This document shows, piece by piece, positions 52,751 through 62,726 of a stretch of 64,000 nt of DNA (the first letter of the stretch is position 1; each line of letters starts with the position of its first letter). Below the pieces are notes generated by a model that was not told the origin of the DNA, made no database searches, and saw only the letters and a program-made list of their open reading frames with translations. A program made the translations under genes and the position numbers. The stretch is from Cyclobacteriaceae bacterium (lineage in GTDB: Bacteria; Bacteroidota; Bacteroidia; Cytophagales; Cyclobacteriaceae), in assembly GCA_039961455.1 (NCBI GenBank), contig JBDVJN010000097.1, forward strand, positions 1,049 through 65,048, in the 5' to 3' direction.

Positions 52751-54847
52751 TTAGAAAAGTTGTGTCTTAAGTGCTTCGTCCTTCTCGAGATTGTAAAACT
52801 CCTTGTGAATATCAAACGGAGCTTCTTTGGGTTCGCAAGCTGCGTATGTCCCCTCTTCCTTCAACTCGTAAGAGTTTACATCGTCTTTCAAATTGAAGTA
52901 CAACATGTTAATCGACTGTTGTTTCAATAGCTCATCTTTGATAATGAACAGTGACTCAAGCCTTCGGTCAAAGGAACGAACCATCATATCGGCACTCCCG
53001 CTGTACACTTTTGGGTCGCCATCGTTGTGAAAGTAGAAGATTCGTGAATGCTCCAGATACTCCCCAACAATCGAGCGGACCGTAATGTTCTCACTCAGCC
53101 CCTTCCTGCCAGGTCGTAAACAGCAGATTCCCCGAACAATAAGTTTGATTGGCACTCCCGCCTTCGAAGCCTCATAAAATGCCTCAATTACATCTTTGTC
53201 CTGAAGAGAATTCATTTTGCATACAATCCCACAGGGCTTGCCTTCGGTAGCATTCGTTCGTTCCTGCTCAATCAGTCCAATCAATTTTGTCCGCATTTGT
53301 GTTGGAGCGGTGATTAAGCTTTCATAATCTTCAGGCATAGAGTGCCCCGTGATTACATTAAAGAATTCCTGGACATCGTTGGCATAGACTTCGTCGGAAG
53401 TCAGCAGTCCAATATCTGTATACAGTTTTGATGTTGACTCGTTGTAATTTCCACTTCCCATGTGCACGTAGCGTGTCACTTTCTCTTTTTCCTTTCTGAC
53501 AATTAGTAAAAGCTTGGTATGTGTTTTCAGTGAACCAACTCCGTAAATCACAAAACAACCTGCCTTTTGAAGCTTCAGTGCTTGCTTCATGTTGTTTTCT
53601 TCATCAAATCTTGCCTTTACCTCAAAGAGTACTGATACATGCTTGCCATTCTCCGCCGCATTCAAAAGTGCTGTAACAATTCTGGAGTCCTTCGCCAGAC
53701 GGTAAATTGTGAGCTTTATTGACAATACATTGGGATCTTCTGCCGCCTGCTCTAACAAATCTAAAAGTGGCTCGATTGTGTTGTAGGGATGATGCAGAAG
53801 GATATCACGGTTCTTTAGAATCTTAAACATGTCCTGCTGCAATACGCCTGTCATACTCATCGGAGGGACAGGGCTTGGCTTCAGTGGTTTATGCTGATCA
53901 AATTCATGATGATTCACAATTTGCCAAAGGCAGGTGTAGTCAATGAGTGCTCCGTCCGGGGTCACCATCACATTTTCTTCCTCAATTTCGTAACGCTTCA
54001 TCAGCTGCTTCATCAGCCAAGGATTAGCATGCTCTTCAACCTCCATGCGAACAACTCGTCCAGTTTTTCTGGTTTTCAATTTGGACTTCATTTCCTCTAG
54101 AAAATCAGCCTCAATGTCCTCTGACTCTTCCAGCGTGAAATCACCGTTTCTGGTCACCCGAAACAAAGTGCAAGAAAGGATGTCAACCTTCTTAAAGACC
54201 AGCCCCATATGCTCTCGAGCAATCTCTTCTAACGGAACGAAAATAAATTTGTCCCCGTCCATGATTTCGAAAAACCTTGGTAGATTTTGTGGAAGCTGAA
54301 TGAAGGACATCTTCTTCTTTTCCTTGAACATCACTGATTTTGTGACTACACCAAATATGAGGATGTTGTTCATTAGTACTGGAAAGGAATGATATGGATC
54401 AAAGACCATCGGTGTAAGCATCGGGAAAATGGTCTTCTTGAAATACGAAGCTGCTGATTTCTGCTGTTTCTCGCTTAGTTCCCTGTAGGTCTTTATCTCG
54501 AATGAATGGTCTTTGAAGGATGGCTTGAGCTCGTTCAAAAAGAGGGAATTTTGATCGTCACTAAAATTGTCCAATCCTTCCAGCAGCTCAGTCTTAAATG
54601 GCAAGGATCTTAACCCTGAGTAGTCGATACGGTCATTCCCAAAATCAATGTAGTTGTACAAACTCCCCACCCGGATCATGAAAAACTCATCCGCATTTGA
54701 AGCGGTTATAGCCAGAAATTTTAGCTTCTCAAAAAGGTTTCTGTTCTCTTTTTTGGCTTGGTCAAGCACACGGTAGTTGAAGCTGAGCCAGCTTAGGTCA
54801 CGACTGATCAAATCACTCTTATATATCAACTCCGTAAAATTCCCCAT
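52751..54847 (-). CDS. ppk1: polyphosphate kinase 1
   Basis: RDLSWLSFNYRVLDQA N-terminus and GSGNYNESTSKLYTDIGLLT block. ATG 54847 is preferred because the track start at 54856 is TTG. Confidence 0.95.
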   Translation of the reverse strand: MGNFTELIYKSDLISRDLSWLSFNYRVLDQAKKENRNLFEKLKFLAITASNADEFFMIRVGSLYNYIDFGNDRIDYSGLRSLPFKTELLEGLDNFSDDQNSLFLNELKPSFKDHSFEIKTYRELSEKQQKSAASYFKKTIFPMLTPMVFDPYHSFPVLMNNILIFGVVTKSVMFKEKKKMSFIQLPQNLPRFFEIMDGDKFIFVPLEEIAREHMGLVFKKVDILSCTLFRVTRNGDFTLEESEDIEADFLEEMKSKLKTRKTGRVVRMEVEEHANPWLMKQLMKRYEIEEENVMVTPDGALIDYTCLWQIVNHHEFDQHKPLKPSPVPPMSMTGVLQQDMFKILKNRDILLHHPYNTIEPLLDLLEQAAEDPNVLSIKLTIYRLAKDSRIVTALLNAAENGKHVSVLFEVKARFDEENNMKQALKLQKAGCFVIYGVGSLKTHTKLLLIVRKEKEKVTRYVHMGSGNYNESTSKLYTDIGLLTSDEVYANDVQEFFNVITGHSMPEDYESLITAPTQMRTKLIGLIEQERTNATEGKPCGIVCKMNSLQDKDVIEAFYEASKAGVPIKLIVRGICCLRPGRKGLSENITVRSIVGEYLEHSRIFYFHNDGDPKVYSGSADMMVRSFDRRLESLFIIKDELLKQQSINMLYFNLKDDVNSYELKEEGTYAACEPKEAPFDIHKEFYNLEKDEALKTQLF

Positions 54848-54911
54848 GGCATTCAAAAATATATAAAAAGTCGCCCTTTCGGTGTTATGATCTTTGTCGA
54901 GACATCAGCGC

Positions 54912-54939
54912 AAAAAAGCCGAGACAAAGATGTCTCGGC
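54912..54939 (-). terminator. second rho-independent terminator in the mdh-ppk1 spacer
   Basis: Minus strand GCCGAGACA-TCTT-TGTCTCGGC followed by TTTTTTG. Confidence 0.7.
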
Positions 54940-55061
54940 CATAGATTAACAACCTTGATTCCGTAAAGTATGAGTATGCAATGATCAGCATCAGATATCA
55001 CAGAGACATCACCGAAGCATTACCAAATCATTACTTTTCAAGACGCTTGGTAACCTGCAAG

Positions 55062-55094
55062 AAAAAAGGGCTAGATCTAATGATCCAGCCCTTT
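55062..55094 (-). terminator. rho-independent terminator of mdh
   Basis: Minus strand AAAGGGCUGGAUC-AUUA-GAUCUAGCCCUUU (one G-U pair) followed by UUUC. It lies 22 nt after the mdh stop. Confidence 0.8.
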
Positions 55095-55115
55095 CAGCTT
55101 AGTTATTAGAATGTC

Positions 55116-56054
55116 TTAAATCAAGCTCATCTCTACAAGGGTATCATTCATTTTCCGAACAGCAGCAGCGCTTTCTTGCATGTTCGCTTTTTCAGCGTCA
55201 TCCAATTCAATTTCTACAATTTGTTCGATACCATTTGCCCCGATAATGGCAGGTACGCCTACACAGATATCGTCCAGACCATACTCACCAGCTAAAAGCG
55301 AAGAACATGGGAACATTTTTTTCGAATCGCAAGCGATTGCTTGAACGAGCGCAGATACTGCAGCTCCTGGTGCATACCAAGCTGAAGTACCTAGCAGTTT
55401 TGTCAATGTGGCTCCTCCTACCTTCGTTTCTTCACGCACGTAATCCAGTTTGTCCTGGCTTAGAAATTCAGAAACAGGGACACTGTTTCGAGTTGCTAGT
55501 CGCGTCAATGGAATCATACCTGTATCGCTATGACCTCCGATTACCATCCCATCTACATCAGATGCCGGGCAATCCAACGCTTCCGCCAATCGATATTTGA
55601 ATCGAGCGGAATCTAAGGCTCCACCCATGCCGATGATCCTGTTCTTGGCAAGGCCTGTTGCTTTGTGCGCCAGATACGTCATCGTATCCATCGGATTGGA
55701 AACAACGATGATGATCACGTTTGGTGAATGACTCATCAAGTTCTCAGCAACAGTCTTCACAATCCCCGCATTCGTTGAGATCAGCTCCTCACGGGTCATG
55801 CCTGGCTTTCTTGGAATTCCAGAGGTGATTACCGCTACATCACTGTTGGATGTTTTTGAGTAATCTCCGGTCGTACCTGTCACCTTAGTATCAAAGCCGT
55901 TGAGCGAAGCTGTCTGCATCAGATCCATCGCCTTGCCCTCAGCAAAACCTTCCTTGATGTCGATGAGCACCACTTCCGATGCGAAATCTTTGATGGCGAT
56001 GTATTCCGCGCAACTGGCACCTACGGCTCCGGCACCTACTACTGTTACTTTCAT
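55116..56054 (-). CDS. mdh: malate dehydrogenase (LDH-like family)
   Basis: MKVTVVGAGAVGASCA Rossmann motif and ..VIGGHSDTGMIPL... ATG 56054 is preferred because the track start at 56081 is TTG. Confidence 0.95.
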   Translation of the reverse strand: MKVTVVGAGAVGASCAEYIAIKDFASEVVLIDIKEGFAEGKAMDLMQTASLNGFDTKVTGTTGDYSKTSNSDVAVITSGIPRKPGMTREELISTNAGIVKTVAENLMSHSPNVIIIVVSNPMDTMTYLAHKATGLAKNRIIGMGGALDSARFKYRLAEALDCPASDVDGMVIGGHSDTGMIPLTRLATRNSVPVSEFLSQDKLDYVREETKVGGATLTKLLGTSAWYAPGAAVSALVQAIACDSKKMFPCSSLLAGEYGLDDICVGVPAIIGANGIEQIVEIELDDAEKANMQESAAAVRKMNDTLVEMSLI

Positions 56055-56403
56055 TTTATTTTCGTTTTGAAATTTCCACAATTAAGAGGCTGCAAAAGTA
56101 GTAAGCAAAGTGGGATTATTTAGTCGTCATGGCGATGAGTTTGATCATACCTTGACAGCCTCGTTATTGTGGAAAGTCCGGCGAGAAGACCCTTAACCCT
56201 CAAGAGAGAACGTCACCGCTTCGTTTCAACTGATATCCGCGCTATCGGCAGTATCTTTTCTTCCCACTCACAATCTCAGCCAAAGTCATCATGAATCTAT
56301 TTCACGATCTTAAAACCCCTCCACGAAAAGGATACTCGCCTCTATTCCGTCTGGATTGAAGGCGATATACTTCGAGCAAAAGAAGTTGGAAGCCTTTCAA
56401 AAA

Positions 56404-57981
56404 TTATCGATTTCCGTTTCTGACTCTTAGCAACTTACCCTGCTCTTCATCTGTCAAAAGATAGAGTTGCCCTCGTGGCGACATTACTGCTTTTCTTAGT
56501 CTTACCCTATCATTGATGAACAACTCCTCGGCTCCAACGACAGTATCGTAGGAAATGATCATCCTCCACAAACTTCCTTTGCTCAATCCCGGGACAATCA
56601 GGTTTCCATTCCATTGAGGAAATTCGCGTCCATGGTAAAAGGTCAGTCCCGTCGGAGCAATAGTTTGGTCCCATAAATAGACGGGATCTGTGAATGTTGT
56701 TCCAGGTAAGATTGGTGGGTTGTAGTCCGGTGATCGATATCCCCCACTCGTACGATGCGGCCATCCATAGTTAGTACCTGCAGTGAGTATATTCAATTCA
56801 TCTCCCTGAATTGTGCCATGTTCACTGAACCAGATTTTATTGGTCACGGGATCAATCGCAAAACCCTGCGAAGCCCTGATCCCCGTCGCGTAAAGTCCCT
56901 TAATGGCATCAGGTCCAAAATCGGGATTATCTGACGGAATGGACCCATCAGGGTTGATTCTGATTATTTTTCCCCTTTTATCTCCAACATCCTGGGACAG
57001 TGGAGGTACAGGGTTAAGATGTTCATATAGGTTACGTTCTCCAATTGTAATGTACAATTTTCCGTCAGGACCGAAGATCATTCCTCCACCATAGTGAAAT
57101 AACCCATGTGTATAAGGTTCAGCTAAAAAGAGGGTTTCCACTTCTGTTAGGGACCTTCCATCTAGCTTCCCCCTAATCACTTTCGTGGTGCTGGCTCTCT
57201 CTCGATTTTCAGCAGAGTAGGACAAGTAGATATAAGAGTTACTTTGAAAATTTGGATCTAATAGTACTTGAAACCATCCGGCATTGAAACTCCTAGTTTG
57301 TCCGTGAGCATTTGGTGGAAGTACTCCCCATTCATGTCTGGACGTGTCAATGCGAATCTTCCTTCCAACATCCGTAGGCAATCCCGTAATCTTCGACCGT
57401 TCTTTCGTAGACAAATTAGCTAAAAGCAAATCGCCATCTTTTTCAGCGATGATCACCTCTTCCTCGGACAAGAACGACATGCTCCAGGGACGATTTAGAT
57501 TATCCAACACCACCTCTTTCATCGGTTCGGCAATCATATCTTGAGGTCTTTTTGGTATGGGCTCCGCAGAGGTACACTTCGCAACAATTTTCCAATCACC
57601 CTGGATTTTCTTTAAAAGAAGGAGGTCATAGTATCGATTTCCAAATGAGGGGATGACAAACTGGACTTTGGCAAATGCTACATCCTTCTCAATATCTATA
57701 CTGCTAATGCTTCCAACTCTTCCATTGCTTACCCCTGCTTCACCTCTTTGATACCAGGAAGCATACTCGTCCGAAGTAACCATCCAGACGGTGTCACTTC
57801 CATTATACAAAAACATACGAGTGTCAGGGTAGAATGCAGAGGATATTGTGTCAGGATAGTTATAGGTTGTACCATCGATGAAATTGTACAACGTTTCTTT
57901 GATCAAATCCTGGTCGGTCTGACCCTTGATCGACAGGACAAAAATCAATGATGATATAAAAGTGAAAATAGCTCGTTTCAT
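56404..57981 (-). CDS. PQQ-dependent sugar dehydrogenase (GSDH beta-propeller) with N-terminal NTF2-like domain
   Basis: Signal peptide and a ~130-aa NTF2/SnoaL-like head (..RYYDLLLLKKIQGDWKIV). The propeller has GGMIFGPDGKLYITIGE and GTNYGWP motifs. Confidence 0.8.
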   Translation of the reverse strand: MKRAIFTFISSLIFVLSIKGQTDQDLIKETLYNFIDGTTYNYPDTISSAFYPDTRMFLYNGSDTVWMVTSDEYASWYQRGEAGVSNGRVGSISSIDIEKDVAFAKVQFVIPSFGNRYYDLLLLKKIQGDWKIVAKCTSAEPIPKRPQDMIAEPMKEVVLDNLNRPWSMSFLSEEEVIIAEKDGDLLLANLSTKERSKITGLPTDVGRKIRIDTSRHEWGVLPPNAHGQTRSFNAGWFQVLLDPNFQSNSYIYLSYSAENRERASTTKVIRGKLDGRSLTEVETLFLAEPYTHGLFHYGGGMIFGPDGKLYITIGERNLYEHLNPVPPLSQDVGDKRGKIIRINPDGSIPSDNPDFGPDAIKGLYATGIRASQGFAIDPVTNKIWFSEHGTIQGDELNILTAGTNYGWPHRTSGGYRSPDYNPPILPGTTFTDPVYLWDQTIAPTGLTFYHGREFPQWNGNLIVPGLSKGSLWRMIISYDTVVGAEELFINDRVRLRKAVMSPRGQLYLLTDEEQGKLLRVRNGNR

Positions 57982-58097
57982 ACAATCCGAATTTTGTTAA
58001 GGTCAAGGTTACGGATTGTATTCCTTCTCGGTCAGCCAAATGAGTACCAAGAAGTATCGGATGATAATTCTGGACAACTTTGGTGTCAAAATGAAGA

Positions 58098-59105
58098 TTA
58101 CTCGCCTGCTTTCTTGAACTCTGCTGGAGTGCAATGAGCAATTTTTTTGAACGCTTCGAAGAAAGCAGATTTAGAGCTAAAGCCTGCCTCATATCCAATG
58201 CCTTCCAGGGAAAGTTCAGGTCGGGAGTGAATAAGCTGCTTCGCTTCATTCACTCGATGTTTCTTGACATAGTGAGAGAAACCATGCTCATACTCCTCAT
58301 TCAGCACTCTTGACAACAAATGCTTGGACATTCCAACTCGCTCAGCAAGAAGATCAAGTTTCAACCCTTGGTTCATGTACAGCTTTTCCTTATCCATCAG
58401 ATTATCAACTTGTCTCAGCAATTCTGCACTATTTTCCAAAGGTGGAAGAACTTTGGGAGCAATCGATTTTCTGGAAAGAAAAGCCCTTCCTCCTAAGTAA
58501 TAGAAAGTGAAAGAGAAGGTTAGTGCACCCCAGATATAGGCAAATCCAAAAAAAAGAGCAATCTGATAGGTCGTGGTGATAAAGAGCACCGCAACAACGA
58601 TTGCTCCAAAGTATCTCTCACTCGCACCGATTCTATTTGCCAACGTAGTCTTCGTTTTAAACAGTTTGACACTTTGATAAAGACCTAGAAGAGTAAATAG
58701 AATCCAGAAACTGTAGATCCAATAGATTATGCTTCCATTCCATATTTCAGGAAAAATTCGATATGGAAATATTACTCCGACTACTACAATTGCTGCCAGA
58801 AGAACCAGAAGAATCAAAATGTCAAATGGATTGAAATTTTGCTCGTTCTTTCGTAGTGATTTGGCGTACAGGTAAAAGAATGGACCAATAAATACACATG
58901 CCGAGAGGCCCACTTGAAGGATCAACTGGTCCACTTCTTCACTGAAGTAGAAAAACACAGATTTACCAATGCGAATACTTAATGCAAGCAGCAGTCCACC
59001 AAAGTAGCTATCGGATACTGACCTTGGCTTCCTAACGATTAGGAACACGCCGACCAGTAGTCCATTAACTACGCCAAGGCTCGCAAACAAAAACAGAATC
59101 GACAT
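58098..59105 (-). CDS. polytopic-membrane AraC-family regulator
   Basis: About 200 aa of TM segments, then an AraC HTH (LDLLAERVGMSKHLLSRVLN..IGYEAGFSSKSAFFEAFKKIAHCTPAEF). Confidence 0.8.
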   Translation of the reverse strand: MSILFLFASLGVVNGLLVGVFLIVRKPRSVSDSYFGGLLLALSIRIGKSVFFYFSEEVDQLILQVGLSACVFIGPFFYLYAKSLRKNEQNFNPFDILILLVLLAAIVVVGVIFPYRIFPEIWNGSIIYWIYSFWILFTLLGLYQSVKLFKTKTTLANRIGASERYFGAIVVAVLFITTTYQIALFFGFAYIWGALTFSFTFYYLGGRAFLSRKSIAPKVLPPLENSAELLRQVDNLMDKEKLYMNQGLKLDLLAERVGMSKHLLSRVLNEEYEHGFSHYVKKHRVNEAKQLIHSRPELSLEGIGYEAGFSSKSAFFEAFKKIAHCTPAEFKKAGE

Positions 59106-59265
59106 ATCAGATCATGGTATTGATTATTCCTGAAATAAAAGTACTACTGAAATTCAAACCTGTTAGTGCTCCTTGATTGTCTGGACCGTTTTGCCATTCC
59201 AAATCCGAAACACTGCACCCCCAACCCTTAACACTTTACTTACGTAACAGCACAAAACAACAATC

Positions 59266-60312
59266 TTGATCACACAGGTTTCTGCACTTCAAATCTTCAT
59301 CCTCATCGGTGCTGCACAGGGGTTTATTTTGGCTGCTCATATTTTCCTGTACCAACGAAGAGAATCAGCCAATATCTTTTTGGCAACCGGGCTTTTTGTG
59401 CTATCCATCCGTTTGTTGATTTATCCTTTCCGCGAAATTTCAATTGAACCTGGTTGGACCTTCATTCAAAATTTGAGCCTTATTTCTCTTCTTTTGGTTG
59501 GGCCTGCGCTCTTTCTGTTTATTCGCGGGAAACTGGGAACGAATGCAATTAGACCCTCAGTGTCCTGGCTTCATTTCGTGCCATTTTTGGTCTACCTGAC
59601 GCATATCATCTATCCACATTTCCAACTGCCCGTCTGCTACTCTTATGCTACGCTGTACTCAGGTATTTTTTATGGATTCATTGGTATGTGGACAATCAAC
59701 GGAACGCATTTTGCGAGTCTTTTTAGGCAAAGAAATTATCAACTAAACTCCTTTGCATTTCCGCTCTTGATCATTCCCACCTCCATTTACGGATTGAGTT
59801 ACTTAGAAGAACGGCTACTGGATCTCCATCCTGCTACTTTTCCCTATCTGGTGCTCACTTTTCTATTCTATAGAATGAGTTTTAAAAGCCTTCAAGGTTC
59901 AAAGAAGTTTCTAGGTGATCTTCTTTCTCAATCAGAGGCCAAACTCTCAATAGACCCTGATCATCTTGCTCAACTCATGGCAGTTGTTGAAAGAGATCAG
60001 GTTTATCTTGATAACAAGCTTTCAGTAGTAGAGTTAGCAAACCGAACAGGTTTTAGTCGGCATGAGATTTCACAACTCATAAATGTAGGCCTTGGCACCA
60101 ATTTCCATGACTTCATCAATAGTTATCGTATCAAAGTGATCAAGGAAAGACTTGCTGATCCCACCTCTCGACATTTGTCGATCGCAGGCATCGCACAGGA
60201 GTCCGGGTTTAGATCAAAATCCACTTTTCATCAAGTCTTCAAAGAAATGACCGGAGTAACACCAGGAGAGTACCAAAAGAGCGTCTCGAAGAAGAAGTCC
60301 GAAATGGCCTGA
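59266..60312 (+). CDS. polytopic-membrane AraC-family regulator
   Basis: TM-rich N-terminus plus AraC HTH (VVELANRTGFSRHEISQLIN..IAQESGFRSKSTFHQVFKEMTGVTPGEY). The start codon at 59266 is TTG. Confidence 0.75.
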   Translation: MITQVSALQIFILIGAAQGFILAAHIFLYQRRESANIFLATGLFVLSIRLLIYPFREISIEPGWTFIQNLSLISLLLVGPALFLFIRGKLGTNAIRPSVSWLHFVPFLVYLTHIIYPHFQLPVCYSYATLYSGIFYGFIGMWTINGTHFASLFRQRNYQLNSFAFPLLIIPTSIYGLSYLEERLLDLHPATFPYLVLTFLFYRMSFKSLQGSKKFLGDLLSQSEAKLSIDPDHLAQLMAVVERDQVYLDNKLSVVELANRTGFSRHEISQLINVGLGTNFHDFINSYRIKVIKERLADPTSRHLSIAGIAQESGFRSKSTFHQVFKEMTGVTPGEYQKSVSKKKSEMA

Positions 60313-60382
60313 ACGGAGCAATCCAGTACTTAAAAGCTCTCTCACCAAATACCTTCGCACGTACACTTATTTCAAAAAAATT

Positions 60383-61261
60383 ATGCGACAAATTCTTCCC
60401 ACAACTTTCTTGTTAGCCTCACTGGTTGTTTCTGCCCAGCTAAACACCCCTGAACCCAGCACACATTCTGAGCTTATTCAGCATATTGGTTTCACCGAAG
60501 TAGAATTGGTTTATTCCAGACCTAACCTGGACGGTCGAAATCTATTTGGGGAAATGCTACCTTGGGGAACCGTCTGGCGTACGGGAGCAAATGCCAATAC
60601 CAAAATTTCCTTTTCAAAGGATGTCTTCGTGCAAGGAAATCGAGTAAGCAAAGGGATTTATGGTCTATACTCTATTCCCAATGAAAACGAATGGACCATT
60701 ATTCTAAATTCTGATACTTCGTTGTGGGGTGCCTATGGCTATGATGAGAAATTTGATGTACTTCGGTTCTCAGTGAAGCCTAAGTCGGTCAAAGAGAACG
60801 TTGAAACACTTCACATTTTCATTCGAGATATCACCGATAAAAGTGGTGTGCTGGATCTTCGGTGGGGAACTCTAAGTGTTCCTATTAACGTCGAAATTGA
60901 TTGGGAGGCCCAGGACCAGCAAATACTGGCAGATATCGACTCTGTCTTGGCACTACCGCTTGATCGCGACAGTGATATGAGGGTGGCACATGATTACCTC
61001 CATGCATCTATGTATTATTTGAAGTACAACAAAGACCTGGAACAAGCACTCAAGTGGGTCAACAAAGCCATAGATATTGAAGTAGTGAGCTACTTCCCTT
61101 TGTACAAAGCTGAAATTCTTGCAAAGTTGAAACGATATGATGAGGCTATTGAAGCTTCCAATCAAGGGCTTGATATTTTCATGGTAACCGGAAACAATAA
61201 AGAATGGATTTGGAGATACAAGCAACAAATCGAGTTATGGAATAAGCTTAAGAAAGGATAG
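60383..61261 (+). CDS. secreted DUF2911 domain protein with C-terminal TPR-like region
   Basis: VWRTGANANTKISFSKDVFVQGN..KGIYGLYSIPNENEWTIILN..WGAYGYDEKFDVLR. It starts 70 nt downstream of the AraC gene on the same strand. Confidence 0.8.
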   Translation: MRQILPTTFLLASLVVSAQLNTPEPSTHSELIQHIGFTEVELVYSRPNLDGRNLFGEMLPWGTVWRTGANANTKISFSKDVFVQGNRVSKGIYGLYSIPNENEWTIILNSDTSLWGAYGYDEKFDVLRFSVKPKSVKENVETLHIFIRDITDKSGVLDLRWGTLSVPINVEIDWEAQDQQILADIDSVLALPLDRDSDMRVAHDYLHASMYYLKYNKDLEQALKWVNKAIDIEVVSYFPLYKAEILAKLKRYDEAIEASNQGLDIFMVTGNNKEWIWRYKQQIELWNKLKKG

Positions 61262-61338
61262 TTATTTGATCCGATAGAATAACCATTCATTGATCAGGGT
61301 TTTGCTTTATCTATTTTAGTAGCAGAAACCTAATCTCA

Positions 61339-62712
61339 ATGAAAAAGAAACCAATCGTTTTTCTCCTGGCGCTAGTTCTCACCAGCACGCTGTTTAGTCA
61401 AAACCTCTACGTCACTGGCGGATGGATATTTACAGGACTCGAAGATGATGTGATTCAAAACCCAGGCATAATTATTCAACGTGGGAAGATCGTTTCAATC
61501 GGAGCTGAATTACCTCCGGAAAATTATGAAACGCTTCAACTTACAAATGAAGACTATGTACTCCCAGGGCTGATTGATTTACATGCGCACTATCGGGTAC
61601 AAGCAGAAGGTGCCGTCCGGGATGATACGATCGCAATGCCAAAAATTTTTCTTGCGAATGGTGTCACAACTACTTTTCCCGCTGGCGAGATCCAGCCACA
61701 TAAAATGCGTGACCTTCGGATTCAAATTGACAAAGGGAATCGAACGGGGCCTAGAATTTTGAATTCGGGGCCTTACTATGGTTCAGCGGCACCTGATTGG
61801 AACAACAATTTTACGGTAGAGGACGTCCATGCACGCGTCGACAAATGGGCGGCTTTGGGTGCGAAGGGCTTTAAGGCGAAAAATATTAATCCTGAACTTT
61901 TGCAAGCACTTATCGAGCGAGCACATCAACATGGGTTAACGGTAACTGCTCATTTGAATTCGGGAGTTGGCAATTCTGTAAACCCACAAGACGCCATCCT
62001 TATGGGAATCGACCGGATTGAGCATTTCCTGGGAGGGGATCTCCTCTCGGATACCACAGCTGCATACAACAGTCTGGCAAAAATGGATCCGGCAGATCCA
62101 CGTTTGGAGGAGATTATTCAACTGTATGTGAACAGGAAGGTCTACTTTGACCCTACTATCAATACCTACGGTTCTATTGCTCAATTGAAGGAAGATGCGT
62201 TTGAATTTTGGATAGATGAAAAAGAATTCCTTACCCCCTACTACAGAAAGGTTATAGGAAATCCGGAACGAGGCAATTTTGGAGATTTGTCAGAAAAGCT
62301 GTTTGCGGTGAAAATGAAGGTGATCAAACGGTACTATGATGCGGGAGGCTTAATCACTCTCGGCACTGATCGTCCCTATTTACAAAGATCTTTTCTAGGA
62401 TTCCAAATGGGTGGATTTAGCGATCATCGGGAAATGCAATTGCTTTCTGAGGCAGGGATACCTAATCCAGACGTTATTCGCATAGCGACTTTGAACAGCG
62501 CACAAGCAATTGGACTGAGTGACAAACTTGGAACGATCGAAGTAGGTAAATGGGGAGATTTGATGGTGATCAAGGGTAATCCAATTCAATCGATAAAAAA
62601 TACGAGGTCTGTCCACACAGTAATTAAAGGAGGTGTTCTTTACTCAACCAAGGAGTTGTTAGATGCAGCCAAAGGCAAACTTGGTCCTGTCAGTGCGACT
62701 GACTGGAAATAG
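61339..62712 (+). CDS. amidohydrolase-family metallohydrolase (secreted)
   Basis: Signal peptide, PGLIDLHAHY (HxH), TAHL and IEHF blocks. Confidence 0.85.
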   Translation: MKKKPIVFLLALVLTSTLFSQNLYVTGGWIFTGLEDDVIQNPGIIIQRGKIVSIGAELPPENYETLQLTNEDYVLPGLIDLHAHYRVQAEGAVRDDTIAMPKIFLANGVTTTFPAGEIQPHKMRDLRIQIDKGNRTGPRILNSGPYYGSAAPDWNNNFTVEDVHARVDKWAALGAKGFKAKNINPELLQALIERAHQHGLTVTAHLNSGVGNSVNPQDAILMGIDRIEHFLGGDLLSDTTAAYNSLAKMDPADPRLEEIIQLYVNRKVYFDPTINTYGSIAQLKEDAFEFWIDEKEFLTPYYRKVIGNPERGNFGDLSEKLFAVKMKVIKRYYDAGGLITLGTDRPYLQRSFLGFQMGGFSDHREMQLLSEAGIPNPDVIRIATLNSAQAIGLSDKLGTIEVGKWGDLMVIKGNPIQSIKNTRSVHTVIKGGVLYSTKELLDAAKGKLGPVSATDWK

Positions 62713-62726
62713 TTAACTTTCTTTTC

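Noticed and set aside
54854-54861. TATTTTTG (minus strand), matching the Bacteroidetes -7 promoter box TAnnTTTG just upstream of ppk1
   Set aside because: This is a single motif match only about 7 nt from the ATG, which would imply a leaderless mRNA. It cannot be supported without transcription-start data.
56291-56359. 22-codon ORF (MNLFHDLKTPPRKGYSPLFRLD) in the mdh upstream spacer
   Set aside because: It is too short, it has no recognisable motif and nothing supports translation from sequence alone.
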